Shown here: in pieces, positions 9,426-17,824 of the stretch
How the letters are laid out: each line of letters begins with the position of its first letter
Position numbering within the stretch: position 1 is the first letter of the stretch
From: Escherichia phage vB_EcoM_EP57
DNA length: 64,000 bases
Sequence record: OR544956
Reading direction: 5' to 3' (one strand)
Translations under genes and position numbers: made by a program
The notes under the pieces: model-generated
Databases searched by the model: none
What the model was told of the DNA's origin: nothing
The model's input: only the letters and a program-made list of their open reading frames with translations

Positions 9426-9611
9426 TTAAAGATATTTTATACTGATAACGTTTTCCGGTTTAACCTTGTTGCGATGTGCATCAACATAGATCAAACCATC
9501 GTCAGAAAAGCCCAGGATCACGCCCTGCGCAATAAAACCGTATTCGTCACGGTAACGCACGGCTATTTTTAATGTTGCGTTGTAGGCTGTTTTAAGCTCG
9601 TTTAAAGTCAT
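9426..9611 (-). CDS. hypothetical protein (61 aa)
   Basis: ORF. Confidence 0.5.
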   Translation of the reverse strand: MTLNELKTAYNATLKIAVRYRDEYGFIAQGVILGFSDDGLIYVDAHRNKVKPENVISIKYL

Positions 9612-9631
9612 TTTTGTTTATCCTCTACATG

Positions 9632-9659
9632 TAAAAAGAAAGGGCGCTTGGTGCGCCCT
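9632..9659 (-). terminator. rho-independent terminator
   Basis: GGGCGC-ACCAA-GCGCCC hairpin plus U-tract on minus strand. Confidence 0.55.
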
Positions 9660-9666
9660 TGTTATG

Positions 9667-9813
9667 TTAATCCTCTAAATCCATCCAATTATATTTGTCA
9701 CTCTTCCCGCGCTTTGTTTTATTGCGCTTGTCGCCTTTGCGGATCACTTCCTCATTCCAGGCCTTGCGGATCTTGGAAGATTGAATTTTTTCTGCGCGAT
9801 TAGATGTATTCAT
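9667..9813 (-). CDS. small basic protein (48 aa)
   Basis: hand-found ORF, AAAGAGGAAACAAA RBS. Confidence 0.35.
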   Translation of the reverse strand: MNTSNRAEKIQSSKIRKAWNEEVIRKGDKRNKTKRGKSDKYNWMDLED

Positions 9814-9831
9814 TTTGTTTCCTCTTTATAT

Positions 9832-9886
9832 GAGCGGCACCATTGCCGCTATATTATTAATTTAAACTGTTTTGTAAAATTGTCAA
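9832..9886 (-). promoter_or_regulatory. early promoter + 5' hairpin cassette (PeSL-like)
   Basis: TTGACA then hairpin gagcggcaccattgccgc. Confidence 0.55.
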
Positions 9887-9892
9887 GGTTTA

Positions 9893-10246
9893 TCATTCAT
9901 AAGAGCAAGCAAGGATCACTCCTGCAATATAAAGCCAATAATTTTCCCTTTCTCGTTGGATTTTATCATCGCTGCTATTCTCTTTAATGTATCCCCAGGA
10001 TGTTAACAAGCGATCCACTTCCCAATATTCGAAAGCGATATTAATGTCTGATGGCAAACCTTGTAACCATGATGCAAGTGCTTTAACAATACTATAATTA
10101 AAACGTGATTGGTTATCAGGGTACCAGTACTCGGAATTAAAACGGCGCATCAATTCCGCGATCTTCTCTTTTTCGGTTGTAATACCATAATCATTAAAAT
10201 CGATAGCGGCAAGGATGTACTCTTTAATTGCATTTTGTGCTTTCAT
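9893..10246 (-). CDS. hypothetical protein (117 aa)
   Basis: ORF. Confidence 0.6.
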   Translation of the reverse strand: MKAQNAIKEYILAAIDFNDYGITTEKEKIAELMRRFNSEYWYPDNQSRFNYSIVKALASWLQGLPSDINIAFEYWEVDRLLTSWGYIKENSSDDKIQRERENYWLYIAGVILACSYE

Positions 10247-10264
10247 GGTCTTTCTCTCTTTTTA

Positions 10265-10321
10265 GCGGGAACTATTCCCGCCCTATGTGTAACAGTTTAC
10301 TGAAAATTAGATCCGTGTCAA
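10265..10321 (-). promoter_or_regulatory. early promoter + 5' hairpin cassette (PeSL-like)
   Basis: TTGACA then hairpin gcgggaactattcccgc. Confidence 0.55.
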
Positions 10322-10324
10322 GCT

Positions 10325-10546
10325 TTATTTTGTTACTACCATTTGGTACCCTGTTTCAATGTTAGTAAATACTGTTATCCCGTCCTGGCGTTCACTCATT
10401 AGCATACAAGGCGCTAACATCCTTTCTACTGCCTTGCACTCGTTGTAAACGGCGGTTATATCTCCTGCTGCCTTGTCTTCTGTAGTAAATGTCTCATTTA
10501 CGTAAACTTGACCAGCGACAACGGTGACAATAGCGAAAGTGATCAT
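10325..10546 (-). CDS. hypothetical protein (73 aa)
   Basis: ORF. Confidence 0.5.
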   Translation of the reverse strand: MITFAIVTVVAGQVYVNETFTTEDKAAGDITAVYNECKAVERMLAPCMLMSERQDGITVFTNIETGYQMVVTK

Positions 10547-10619
10547 GATGTTTTTCTCTTTATGTGTTTCGATTAGTTGATATTACAGCAATTCGCAGAT
10601 TAGTTTTCAGCAATTCGTG

Positions 10620-10838
10620 CTATTTACTCATAACAGTATCGAAAACAAATTTTTCTTTGTTGTCAAAGCTCACGTATCCGATTCGACCACGCAAGCCGCG
10701 AGTAGTGCCGTATTCGTAACCGTCAAGACCTTTAACCTTCCAATCCACGCCCATTAAAACCGCATTATATTTCTGACCAACTACAAACGCGCCACCAGTT
10801 GATTCAATGCAAACAACTTTAATTTTACGGATTGCCAT
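10620..10838 (-). CDS. hypothetical protein (72 aa)
   Basis: ORF. Confidence 0.55.
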   Translation of the reverse strand: MAIRKIKVVCIESTGGAFVVGQKYNAVLMGVDWKVKGLDGYEYGTTRGLRGRIGYVSFDNKEKFVFDTVMSK

Positions 10839-10916
10839 TTTCTTTCTCTCTTTCTGGTGATTGGTTTCTCTTCTCTATAGCGCCCATTATAAGGCGCTAT
10901 AACGAAAAGTCAACGA

Positions 10917-11084
10917 TTATTTTTTAAGGCTTAAAGTACCTAACTTGTCAGCGTGACGCAGACCAGGGAAGATCCATTTGCCTGATTCATCTTTTACAGG
11001 GGCTTTAAGTGTAGCGCCCAGGTTGGCGGCGTTAACTTTACGTGCAACGTTGCGAGCGGCTTCACGGGTAGTAAAAGTAATCAT
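10917..11084 (-). CDS. small hypothetical protein (55 aa)
   Basis: hand-found ORF, GAAGAGGAAAACATC RBS. Confidence 0.35.
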   Translation of the reverse strand: MITFTTREAARNVARKVNAANLGATLKAPVKDESGKWIFPGLRHADKLGTLSLKK

Positions 11085-11108
11085 GATGTTTTCCTCTTCT
11101 CTTTGTTA

Positions 11109-11169
11109 GGCGGCGGACCATTCCCCGCCTTGATGTAATACAGTTTACTTTATTTTTGCAGTATTGCAA
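11109..11169 (-). promoter_or_regulatory. early promoter + 5' hairpin cassette (PeSL-like)
   Basis: TTGCAA then hairpin ggcggcggaccattccccgcc. Confidence 0.5.
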
Positions 11170-11174
11170 GCGTT

Positions 11175-11387
11175 TTATGAAATAATCGTCAAAGTAAAAT
11201 TGTAATCACCTGATTGATACAATACCTTGTCACCGAACGTTCCAACACGTTTAACATTGCAATATATACCCATAACACTTTTTACATCTTTGATATTCTT
11301 CACGCCTGTAATATCTTTATTAAAATGATCGTGATCAGAAAATAAAACTTGTTTTGCATTTTTCAACAAGGTGCAGATATTAACCAT
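11175..11387 (-). CDS. hypothetical protein (70 aa)
   Basis: ORF. Confidence 0.5.
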   Translation of the reverse strand: MVNICTLLKNAKQVLFSDHDHFNKDITGVKNIKDVKSVMGIYCNVKRVGTFGDKVLYQSGDYNFTLTIIS

Positions 11388-11410
11388 CGTGATAATCTCT
11401 CTTCTGTTGT

Positions 11411-11468
11411 GAGCGGCACCATTGCCGCCCTACGTAATACAGTTTACTCTTTTTCTTTCCCGTGTCAA
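11411..11468 (-). promoter_or_regulatory. early promoter + 5' hairpin cassette (PeSL-like)
   Basis: TTGACA then hairpin gagcggcaccattgccgcc. Confidence 0.6.
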
Positions 11469-11477
11469 CAATCTTTT

Positions 11478-11705
11478 TCAGATTAATTCATCCAGGCATA
11501 ACAGGCGATCAACGTTGAGATCGGTTAGGCTGATGGTTGGCACCTGGTAGGATTCGATGTACTCGACGCTTGCATATTCCCCAAAATTAGCAATAGCCCA
11601 CTTATTCAAGATCTCACATACATCATTAATCTTTTTGTTTGTTACAACTGCAATAACCTGGGAAGTGCCAACGGTGCCGGATACGCGAACAATATTGATA
11701 GCCAT
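11478..11705 (-). CDS. hypothetical protein (75 aa)
   Basis: ORF. Confidence 0.55.
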   Translation of the reverse strand: MAINIVRVSGTVGTSQVIAVVTNKKINDVCEILNKWAIANFGEYASVEYIESYQVPTISLTDLNVDRLLCLDELI

Positions 11706-11726
11706 AATCTTTAATCTCTCTGTTGT

Positions 11727-11788
11727 GAGCGGGAAACCACTTCCCGCCCTATGTGATACATCTTACACTAATTTTAAACGTTGTCAAC
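11727..11788 (-). promoter_or_regulatory. early promoter + 5' hairpin cassette (PeSL-like)
   Basis: TTGACA then hairpin gcgggaaaccacttcccgc. Confidence 0.55.
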
Positions 11789-11796
11789 TGTTTTTA

Positions 11797-12036
11797 TTAC
11801 ATTCCAACCATCGCGGCGCGGATCGCTGTAGTGCTATACTTGAAACCGTCCGGTGTTTTATCTTGTCCAGTTTGTTCCAGAAAAAGCATCATATCACGGG
11901 CAGCATCATTACGATTAGTATTAGCGGCGATAAATTCTTTCGCCAATCGATATAATGATTCGTCGTTATTAATCCAAAGGCTTACATTCCAATGAGTTTT
12001 GTTTTTGTGACCTAAGAACATTTTTGATTTAGCCAT
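11797..12036 (-). CDS. hypothetical protein (79 aa)
   Basis: ORF. Confidence 0.55.
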   Translation of the reverse strand: MAKSKMFLGHKNKTHWNVSLWINNDESLYRLAKEFIAANTNRNDAARDMMLFLEQTGQDKTPDGFKYSTTAIRAAMVGM

Positions 12037-12060
12037 GATATTAATCTCTTTTTCAGTGAG

Positions 12061-12119
12061 GCGGGAACTATTCCCGCTCTCTATGTAATACAGTTTACTC
12101 TTTTTATTCGTGCTGTCAA
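12061..12119 (-). promoter_or_regulatory. early promoter + 5' hairpin cassette (PeSL-like)
   Basis: TTGACA then hairpin gcgggaactattcccgc. Confidence 0.55.
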
Positions 12120-12125
12120 TGCTTT

Positions 12126-12491
12126 TTATAAATCTTTTTTACGTTTAACATCGCTTGCATGACTGTATACAGCGATCCCATTATCACGGCAAAAACGGGA
12201 AAGGTAGGCATAATTTGAAAACTCTTTACCTTCCAGGTTGATAACCTTGCTAAACTCTTCTAGGGCAACGGTATCAAAATGATCCCCATAGCCATATTGA
12301 AACGGAACGTTAACTACTTCGATCAGTTTACCGCCGATCTCAACATCAACCATCAAAGAGAAATAAGTATTACCATAAGACTTTTGAAACCAGCGACGGG
12401 CGCTAATATGTACCGCTTCAATGCTGGATAGTTCAATTTTAGCAGTGTTAGCCAGGGTAGCATAAGCAGAAACATTGATATTTTTAGCCAT
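12126..12491 (-). CDS. hypothetical protein (121 aa)
   Basis: ORF with E. coli-like codon choice. Confidence 0.6.
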   Translation of the reverse strand: MAKNINVSAYATLANTAKIELSSIEAVHISARRWFQKSYGNTYFSLMVDVEIGGKLIEVVNVPFQYGYGDHFDTVALEEFSKVINLEGKEFSNYAYLSRFCRDNGIAVYSHASDVKRKKDL

Positions 12492-12586
12492 AGTCTTTAA
12501 TCTCTTTTGATTAGTTAGGAGTATTCCCGATAAAAGTTATTATGCTTATACTATCACTCATTGTCAATAGTATAAGACTAAAACTT

Positions 12587-12766
12587 TTAACGATAATCAT
12601 TATAGGCTTTATTGACCTGGCGAATGTAACATTCGAAAGCAAGATCAATGTATTCGTATTCACGCACATAATCACCATAGGTCACTACATACATTTTTAA
12701 AGTTTCCTCATAAGCCAGGAGGATCGAATCTAAACCTATAATCTCAGTTTTTGCAATGATAGCCAT
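12587..12766 (-). CDS. small hypothetical protein (59 aa)
   Basis: hand-found ORF with RBS. Confidence 0.35.
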   Translation of the reverse strand: MAIIAKTEIIGLDSILLAYEETLKMYVVTYGDYVREYEYIDLAFECYIRQVNKAYNDYR

Positions 12767-12786
12767 GATGTTAACCTTTTATTGTT

Positions 12787-12843
12787 GGCGGCACCATTGC
12801 CGCCCTACGTGATAAACTATACCAGAATTTTAAACAGTGTCAA
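12787..12843 (-). promoter_or_regulatory. early promoter + 5' hairpin cassette (PeSL-like)
   Basis: TTGACA then hairpin ggcggcaccattgccgcc. Confidence 0.6.
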
Positions 12844-12849
12844 CCGTTT

Positions 12850-13212
12850 TTATTCGTAAATTTTACCGCTTTCGGCCCATACCATAACGCGGCGCATACT
12901 ATCCCAAGTGTTCTGATCCAAGTTTAAGCCGTGCAACTCTTCGGTACTTCCCAGACCAGGTACCGCTTTGTTGTAAGTTGCATATAAGCGCCCTTGATAC
13001 TCATACGCCAGAGTAAGATCCGTTTGAATCATCTTTTTAAGCATAGCATTAAGCATCATATTAGCGGCATGTTGATCACGTTTTAGCGGTAACATATCAA
13101 TAAGGGCGCGATAAGCTGAAACATGAATATCAACCGTTTCACGTGGTAAATTTTTCATATCATCACGGAAAGATACCAGATTAAACATGATAGTATTGAT
13201 TTGCTTGCTCAT
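12850..13212 (-). CDS. hypothetical protein (120 aa)
   Basis: ORF trimmed to ATG downstream of hairpin. Confidence 0.55.
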   Translation of the reverse strand: MSKQINTIMFNLVSFRDDMKNLPRETVDIHVSAYRALIDMLPLKRDQHAANMMLNAMLKKMIQTDLTLAYEYQGRLYATYNKAVPGLGSTEELHGLNLDQNTWDSMRRVMVWAESGKIYE

Positions 13213-13234
13213 TGTGTTACCCTTTTTTTGTTTT

Positions 13235-13295
13235 GGCGGGGAAGTATTCCGCCGCCCTATGTGATACATCTTATCAGATTAAAAAACGTTGTCAA
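13235..13295 (-). promoter_or_regulatory. early promoter + 5' hairpin cassette (PeSL-like)
   Basis: TTGACA-N16-TAAGAT then hairpin ggcggggaagtattccgccgcc. Confidence 0.6.
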
Positions 13296-13429
13296 GAATA
13301 TTTTTTAGAAAATAATAACCGCTACTACAACCCAAAATGGAACGGCTAGAATGATAGCGTTAATCGTTCCAACCGTCAAGCTATTTTCTTTATTAATCAT
13401 TGTAAGCCTCTTGCATAATTTCACTATTA

Positions 13430-13486
13430 GCGGCACCATTGCCGCCCTACGTGGTAAATATTATGCCAGTGGCGGCGATATGTCAA
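13430..13486 (-). promoter_or_regulatory. early promoter + 5' hairpin cassette (PeSL-like)
   Basis: TTGACA then hairpin gcggcaccattgccgcc. Confidence 0.55.
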
Positions 13487-14049
13487 AGACTATTTTCAAA
13501 GTTTTCTAGTGCGATCCTTTTTTCTTCCTCTGTTGGCTGATAATCAGGAAAAGCATCAACACACAACAACGGCGGGATCTCTTCGTACTCTTCCTCTTCC
13601 GTTGTCTCCTCGTCTTCCTCCTGGGCTATGGCTGCAATTTTGGCTAATTTTCTTTCAGCTTGAATCAATTTACCATCAAGTACGTTTTTTGCCATGTTGT
13701 AAGCGGTCCAGGTGATGCGCTTACTTTCCAATGCTTCATCAAGCGCCGCTATCTTGCTGGGGTATTCATCCAGGACACGAAAAGCCGGATCAACTTTGTA
13801 CAAAGGATTATCTTTCGCGCCATCGCTCGCATCTTCCGCACTGGATAAATCAGCGTTACCATTTGCCAGCCAACCAGGGCGCACATAACGCGCTTTTACG
13901 TTGCCGTTACTACGTGCTAATCTGTTACCTATTTGCTCACCGCTATACCCCGTGGATTCATCGATAAGATGATCGGGAATGATGCGCGGATCATCTGCTT
14001 CATGTTTTACCCAAGACTGGATCACATATTCGCGGCCCATATTAACCAC
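13483..14049 (-). CDS. hypothetical protein with acidic tract (188 aa)
   Basis: ORF; EEDEETTEEEEYEE stretch. Confidence 0.6.
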   Translation of the reverse strand: MVNMGREYVIQSWVKHEADDPRIIPDHLIDESTGYSGEQIGNRLARSNGNVKARYVRPGWLANGNADLSSAEDASDGAKDNPLYKVDPAFRVLDEYPSKIAALDEALESKRITWTAYNMAKNVLDGKLIQAERKLAKIAAIAQEEDEETTEEEEYEEIPPLLCVDAFPDYQPTEEEKRIALENFENSL

Positions 14050-14299
14050 CTTTTTTCAACAATTGACATACTTTAAAAAGACTTGCTGAATCCTTGCAAG
14101 GGTAGAAAGATGTACGATAATCACGTACGCCAACCTTGCGGATCTCGATGTTTTCGCATGTTGTTTGATCAAAGATATTTATTTCATCACGCCCCCTTAT
14201 ATAAACATAGTGGGGATGTATTAACGCATATTTTGCTAATCTGTAAAAAGCGTTATCTTTGAACGCGATCACGTGACCTTTTAATTTGATGTAAAACAT
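14042..14299 (-). CDS. hypothetical protein (85 aa)
   Basis: ORF. Confidence 0.5.
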   Translation of the reverse strand: MFYIKLKGHVIAFKDNAFYRLAKYALIHPHYVYIRGRDEINIFDQTTCENIEIRKVGVRDYRTSFYPCKDSASLFKVCQLLKKGG

Positions 14300-14326
14300 T
14301 CTACCACCTTACAAATAGCGGGAACT

Positions 14327-14372
14327 ATTCCCGCTTTATGTAACATATTAACAAATTATTCGTTAATGTCAA
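14327..14372 (-). promoter_or_regulatory. early promoter + 5' hairpin cassette (PeSL-like)
   Basis: TTGACA then hairpin gcgggaactattcccgc. Confidence 0.55.
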
Positions 14373-14375
14373 GCC

Positions 14376-14648
14376 TTAAAGCAAAAACGCTACATCTTGC
14401 GCTTTTAGTGTAGTATCAACCATTTTCGGGCTTTTATAATCAACAAAGCGCGCGGTTTTTTCAATAGCGAAACCGAGATAATCTTGCTTGTTGAAATTAC
14501 ATTCTTTCTTAAATGTTTCCCGTGCAATAGCGATCGCTGCGTCCAGGGATAAACGCCCGTCAATATCGATATTAGCGAAAGATCCGCCACCGCTCATAGG
14601 TTTACCAGTTGTGCCAGCTACGATCATTGTTGCGCTATATGATGCCAT
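14376..14648 (-). CDS. hypothetical protein (90 aa)
   Basis: ORF; preferred over overlapping 14405..14590. Confidence 0.5.
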   Translation of the reverse strand: MASYSATMIVAGTTGKPMSGGGSFANIDIDGRLSLDAAIAIARETFKKECNFNKQDYLGFAIEKTARFVDYKSPKMVDTTLKAQDVAFLL

Positions 14649-14671
14649 GATGATAATCTCTCTTCTGTTAC

Positions 14672-14732
14672 GAGCGGGAAACCACTTCCCGCCCTATGTG
14701 ATACATCTTATCAGGTTGTTGTTTGTTGTCAA
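14672..14732 (-). promoter_or_regulatory. early promoter + 5' hairpin cassette (PeSL-like)
   Basis: TTGACA then hairpin gcgggaaaccacttcccgc. Confidence 0.55.
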
Positions 14733-14738
14733 TAGTTT

Positions 14739-14936
14739 TTATTCTATTCCTGCGATTTGATTAACGCGCTTGCATTTTGTAGCGTGCTGGTCTTCTGTAA
14801 TGACTCCCATTTCTAACAGGGAATCAATGAAAGATAAAACCGTTTCATGATCATCCTGGGGGTGACTGAACTCAGTAAAACCGTTTACCACTACGTTGAT
14901 TTGTCCAGCTTTCGCCACAATGTGCAATGTTGCCAT
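14739..14936 (-). CDS. hypothetical protein (65 aa)
   Basis: ORF trimmed to ATG downstream of hairpin. Confidence 0.5.
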   Translation of the reverse strand: MATLHIVAKAGQINVVVNGFTEFSHPQDDHETVLSFIDSLLEMGVITEDQHATKCKRVNQIAGIE

Positions 14937-14954
14937 GATCTTAACTCCAAATAG

Positions 14955-15013
14955 TGAGCGGCACCATTGCCGCGCTACGTGGTAAATATTATGCCGCCGC
15001 CTGGCGAACGTCA
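14955..15013 (-). promoter_or_regulatory. early promoter + 5' hairpin cassette (PeSL-like)
   Basis: -35-like TTGACG then hairpin gcggcaccattgccgcg. Confidence 0.5.
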
Positions 15014-15122
15014 ACCATTTTTCAATCTTTTTTATTTTCTTTTTGCTTGCTATATATAAAGAAAAGGGCTATTATCTTTCTACCGCGCCAACCAGGGCGC
15101 ACAACAAAGAAAGGGCGATACC

Positions 15123-15326
15123 ATGACAACTACATTACACCTTATGCACTCATTGGGCTGGCAAGGCGGCACGGTGCACCAGGTAGCAAGCGCAACGGGC
15201 TTAAAGGTTGAAACCGTTCTCAACCTGGGCGATCATAAAGTGGAAGAGATAGAACATTTTGATCCGTTGGCGGCGGGGAAAGCAAGATACCGCCAGGGGC
15301 GCGGGGCGATATGTATTTTTGGTTAG
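15123..15326 (+). CDS. hypothetical protein (67 aa)
   Basis: isolated plus-strand ORF in inter-block region. Confidence 0.3.
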   Translation: MTTTLHLMHSLGWQGGTVHQVASATGLKVETVLNLGDHKVEEIEHFDPLAAGKARYRQGRGAICIFG

Positions 15327-15360
15327 GTGTCCTATCCTGGCAAGAAAACAAAAAATAATC

Positions 15361-15389
15361 TTGACAAGCCCAGGGATCGGGCTTATACT
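15361..15389 (+). promoter_or_regulatory. sigma70-type promoter with no downstream ORF
   Basis: TTGACA-N17-TATACT; reads into ORF-free region. Confidence 0.5.
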
Positions 15390-15662
15390 GTTTTACATAC
15401 AGAAGAGGAAGCGCCACCCCACGGCGTAAAGGCGGGGCTAACATACCAGGGGCACTGGTTGGAAGGTTGATCGCCGGTAGCTCGTCTAAAATAAATTTGT
15501 AAAGAAATGTAAAGATAAAAATAATCGCTTGCTTTTTATTCTTATTGTATGGCGAGGGGACACGGGAGCGCGAGACAAACACCGCCCCTGCGCGTCATTC
15601 TCTAAATGAGATTGATTCTTATTTAATAAAGTAAATGATAATCATTCTCATTTAAAAATTTT

Positions 15663-15850
15663 TGTAAACTTTAAATTTTGCTTTTGTACTTTCATTTTTG
15701 TAAAAGCAAAAAAACTTTAAATACTGTGGGCGCGCAAAATTTTTAAAATTTTCCTTGACTTTTGAGTTTTGTTTTGTATCTAACATTTTAAGATAATTTT
15801 CCTAAACTTTAAATTTTGCTTTTCAACTTTCACTTTTGTAAATTCTTAAA
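15663..15850. repeat. two about 45-bp AT-rich direct repeats about 145 bp apart
   Basis: aaactttaaattttgcttttgtactttcatttttgtaaa vs aaactttaaattttgcttttcaactttcacttttgtaaa. Confidence 0.6.
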
Positions 15851-16188
15851 AAGTTTAAATAATTTGAGGAATTTTTGAGATACTCTCTACGGTGCTGTAG
15901 GAGCCTTATTTCTGTGCTACAAAGTGACACCTTTGTTCTAAAAATGAAAAAAGTTAAAATATCACAAATATCGTCTTTGCGGTATTTTGTCTGGGAAAAG
16001 TATTTCGATCAGTTTATTATGATATTTGCCTAAAAGATTCTGCCCTTTCCAGGTGGCAGGGTTTAGCACCCCTGGTTCATACATCCCCATTCCAATTCCG
16101 TAAACCTTATCGTAGGGGCTTGCTTCAACAAACGTTTTGTATTGGTAAAGGTGTAAGTCTGCATACAAATCTGGATTCTGTACATATT

Positions 16189-16305
16189 TCAAGGATTGAC
16201 TTCCAAACGTTCTTCATCCTCTTTATAACAATCCAACACTGCTTTAAGTTCATCATAGTGGTTCAGAATAGGTTTAAAGATTTCATGATCTGCTAAACGT
16301 GCCAT
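16189..16305 (-). CDS. small hypothetical protein (38 aa)
   Basis: hand-found ORF with AAGGAGAAACT RBS. Confidence 0.3.
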   Translation of the reverse strand: MARLADHEIFKPILNHYDELKAVLDCYKEDEERLEVNP

Positions 16306-16318
16306 AGTTTCTCCTTTG

Positions 16319-17824
16319 TTAATCCATCCACCAGTAGCCATAAACCGCGTCTGCGTCGATGAGTTTGTGTTTGTTGTTCCGCATGTAGTCTAAGATAAGT
16401 AGACGTTTATTGTATCTGGAGAGATTATGACCCTCTTTTCCGCCATAGTCAAAATATTTTGCAAGATCTTTACACTCAAACAAAATCAATTCGGGAGTTT
16501 CTTCATACTGGTCTGTCTGGTACACTTGACGAATGATCATGTATACATCATCGTCTTCCGCTAAATGCTCTACTGGTCCACATCCAGCAGGAACAAATTC
16601 ATAGTCCCATCGAATCAGATGTTTCTCTACTGCTTCAAAGAAGTCCATTCTTTCGTTGCGCATAATTTGAACGTCAACTAACATGTTTCCTCCTCTACCC
16701 AGGGTAGTGGAACGTTGTGTTACAGGTTCCAGCACCACTCGCAGAGTGTTTCCTGGTGTAGTGCTCATAACCAGAATCTTACCACCTTCAATCAGATCAC
16801 AAGTTAGACCATCAGCCGTTGCACATAGATCAATATGTGGATCACCATCTTCATCCAGGATAACATAACTGTTGGTTTCCATTGCTTCCACTTCATCATC
16901 TTTCAAACTTTGTAGATAGATGTTCAGGGAACAAGCACCCGACAAAAACTTAGTAGGGGTGAAGTCGTGCCAGTTATTGATCCAATTCACCTTCAAGGTT
17001 TTGCCATTAGCTACGATAGAAGCCACATTCCATTTAGCATCGTTCCCTAAAGAAATACCCATCATTTCAAGACATTCTTTAAAAGTCATTTTTGGATAGA
17101 AATTCAATTCTTCTACAATGCCTTGAATAACATCGAAAGACAACTCTGTGCTAACATCCCATAAACGTTGGAAGTTATCTACGTGCTTTTTATTTACCAA
17201 GTTCTTATCCAAGTAATCTAACATAGTTTCACTAGACAGTTTATCGTAATTGAAACTGTAGTAGATACGACTAGGACGGTTTACAAAATATTCCGAGATA
17301 TAACCACTATTTTTAGTGAGGATGTAAAGTTTATTCCCACTTCCTGTTCCATCCAACAAGGTCAACAGTGCTTCCTGATCTTCTTTCTTAGCGTACACTT
17401 TATCAAATTCGTCAAATAAAACAACAGCACGATCTGTAATTTTACTCATAAATTCTAAGAAGCCAGCATCTGTGTAAGGCTGTGTAACCAAAATGGTTGG
17501 AATACCTAAACCTTCTGTGGACATTAGGGACATGCTAATTAGTTTAGCTAACATCGTCTTACCACTGCCTTTTGTGCCTGTCAGTAACACCCCAGTATTT
17601 TTACCTTCTTTACTACGACGAGCAAATGTTTTAATAACATGTGCGGCGCGGTCTTTAGTTTCCCCATAAAGAGTGTTCGGAAGAGAGAAACTTTCGCCAC
17701 GCACTAAAGAGTAGTTACCGTGTGGATCGCAGTTGACAACCCAAACTCCAGCAGGAAGTTTATTAGCTTCAACACCATATTCCTTATTTACAACAGCCAC
17801 ATCTCCAAAAATAGTGTATTTCAT
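16319..17824 (-). CDS. AAA-type ATPase, unknown role (501 aa)
   Basis: Walker A GTKGSGKT, Walker B VVLFDEFD. Confidence 0.65.
   Translation of the reverse strand: MKYTIFGDVAVVNKEYGVEANKLPAGVWVVNCDPHGNYSLVRGESFSLPNTLYGETKDRAAHVIKTFARRSKEGKNTGVLLTGTKGSGKTMLAKLISMSLMSTEGLGIPTILVTQPYTDAGFLEFMSKITDRAVVLFDEFDKVYAKKEDQEALLTLLDGTGSGNKLYILTKNSGYISEYFVNRPSRIYYSFNYDKLSSETMLDYLDKNLVNKKHVDNFQRLWDVSTELSFDVIQGIVEELNFYPKMTFKECLEMMGISLGNDAKWNVASIVANGKTLKVNWINNWHDFTPTKFLSGACSLNIYLQSLKDDEVEAMETNSYVILDEDGDPHIDLCATADGLTCDLIEGGKILVMSTTPGNTLRVVLEPVTQRSTTLGRGGNMLVDVQIMRNERMDFFEAVEKHLIRWDYEFVPAGCGPVEHLAEDDDVYMIIRQVYQTDQYEETPELILFECKDLAKYFDYGGKEGHNLSRYNKRLLILDYMRNNKHKLIDADAVYGYWWMD

Noticed and set aside
11557-11955. 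Plus-strand ORFs antisense to early genes (also 13509..13715, 14488..14760)
   Set aside because: Opposite to the block coding strand, overlap better-supported genes, and their translations run through the conserved hairpin cassettes.
15220-15582. Minus-strand ORF of 120 aa
   Set aside because: Pro/Leu-rich low-complexity translation overlapping the promoter and the opposite-strand ORF; looks like a non-coding reading frame.
15663-15850. Possible CRISPR array from the direct repeats
   Set aside because: Only two imperfect AT-rich copies with a long spacer and no cas genes; more consistent with origin or regulatory repeats.
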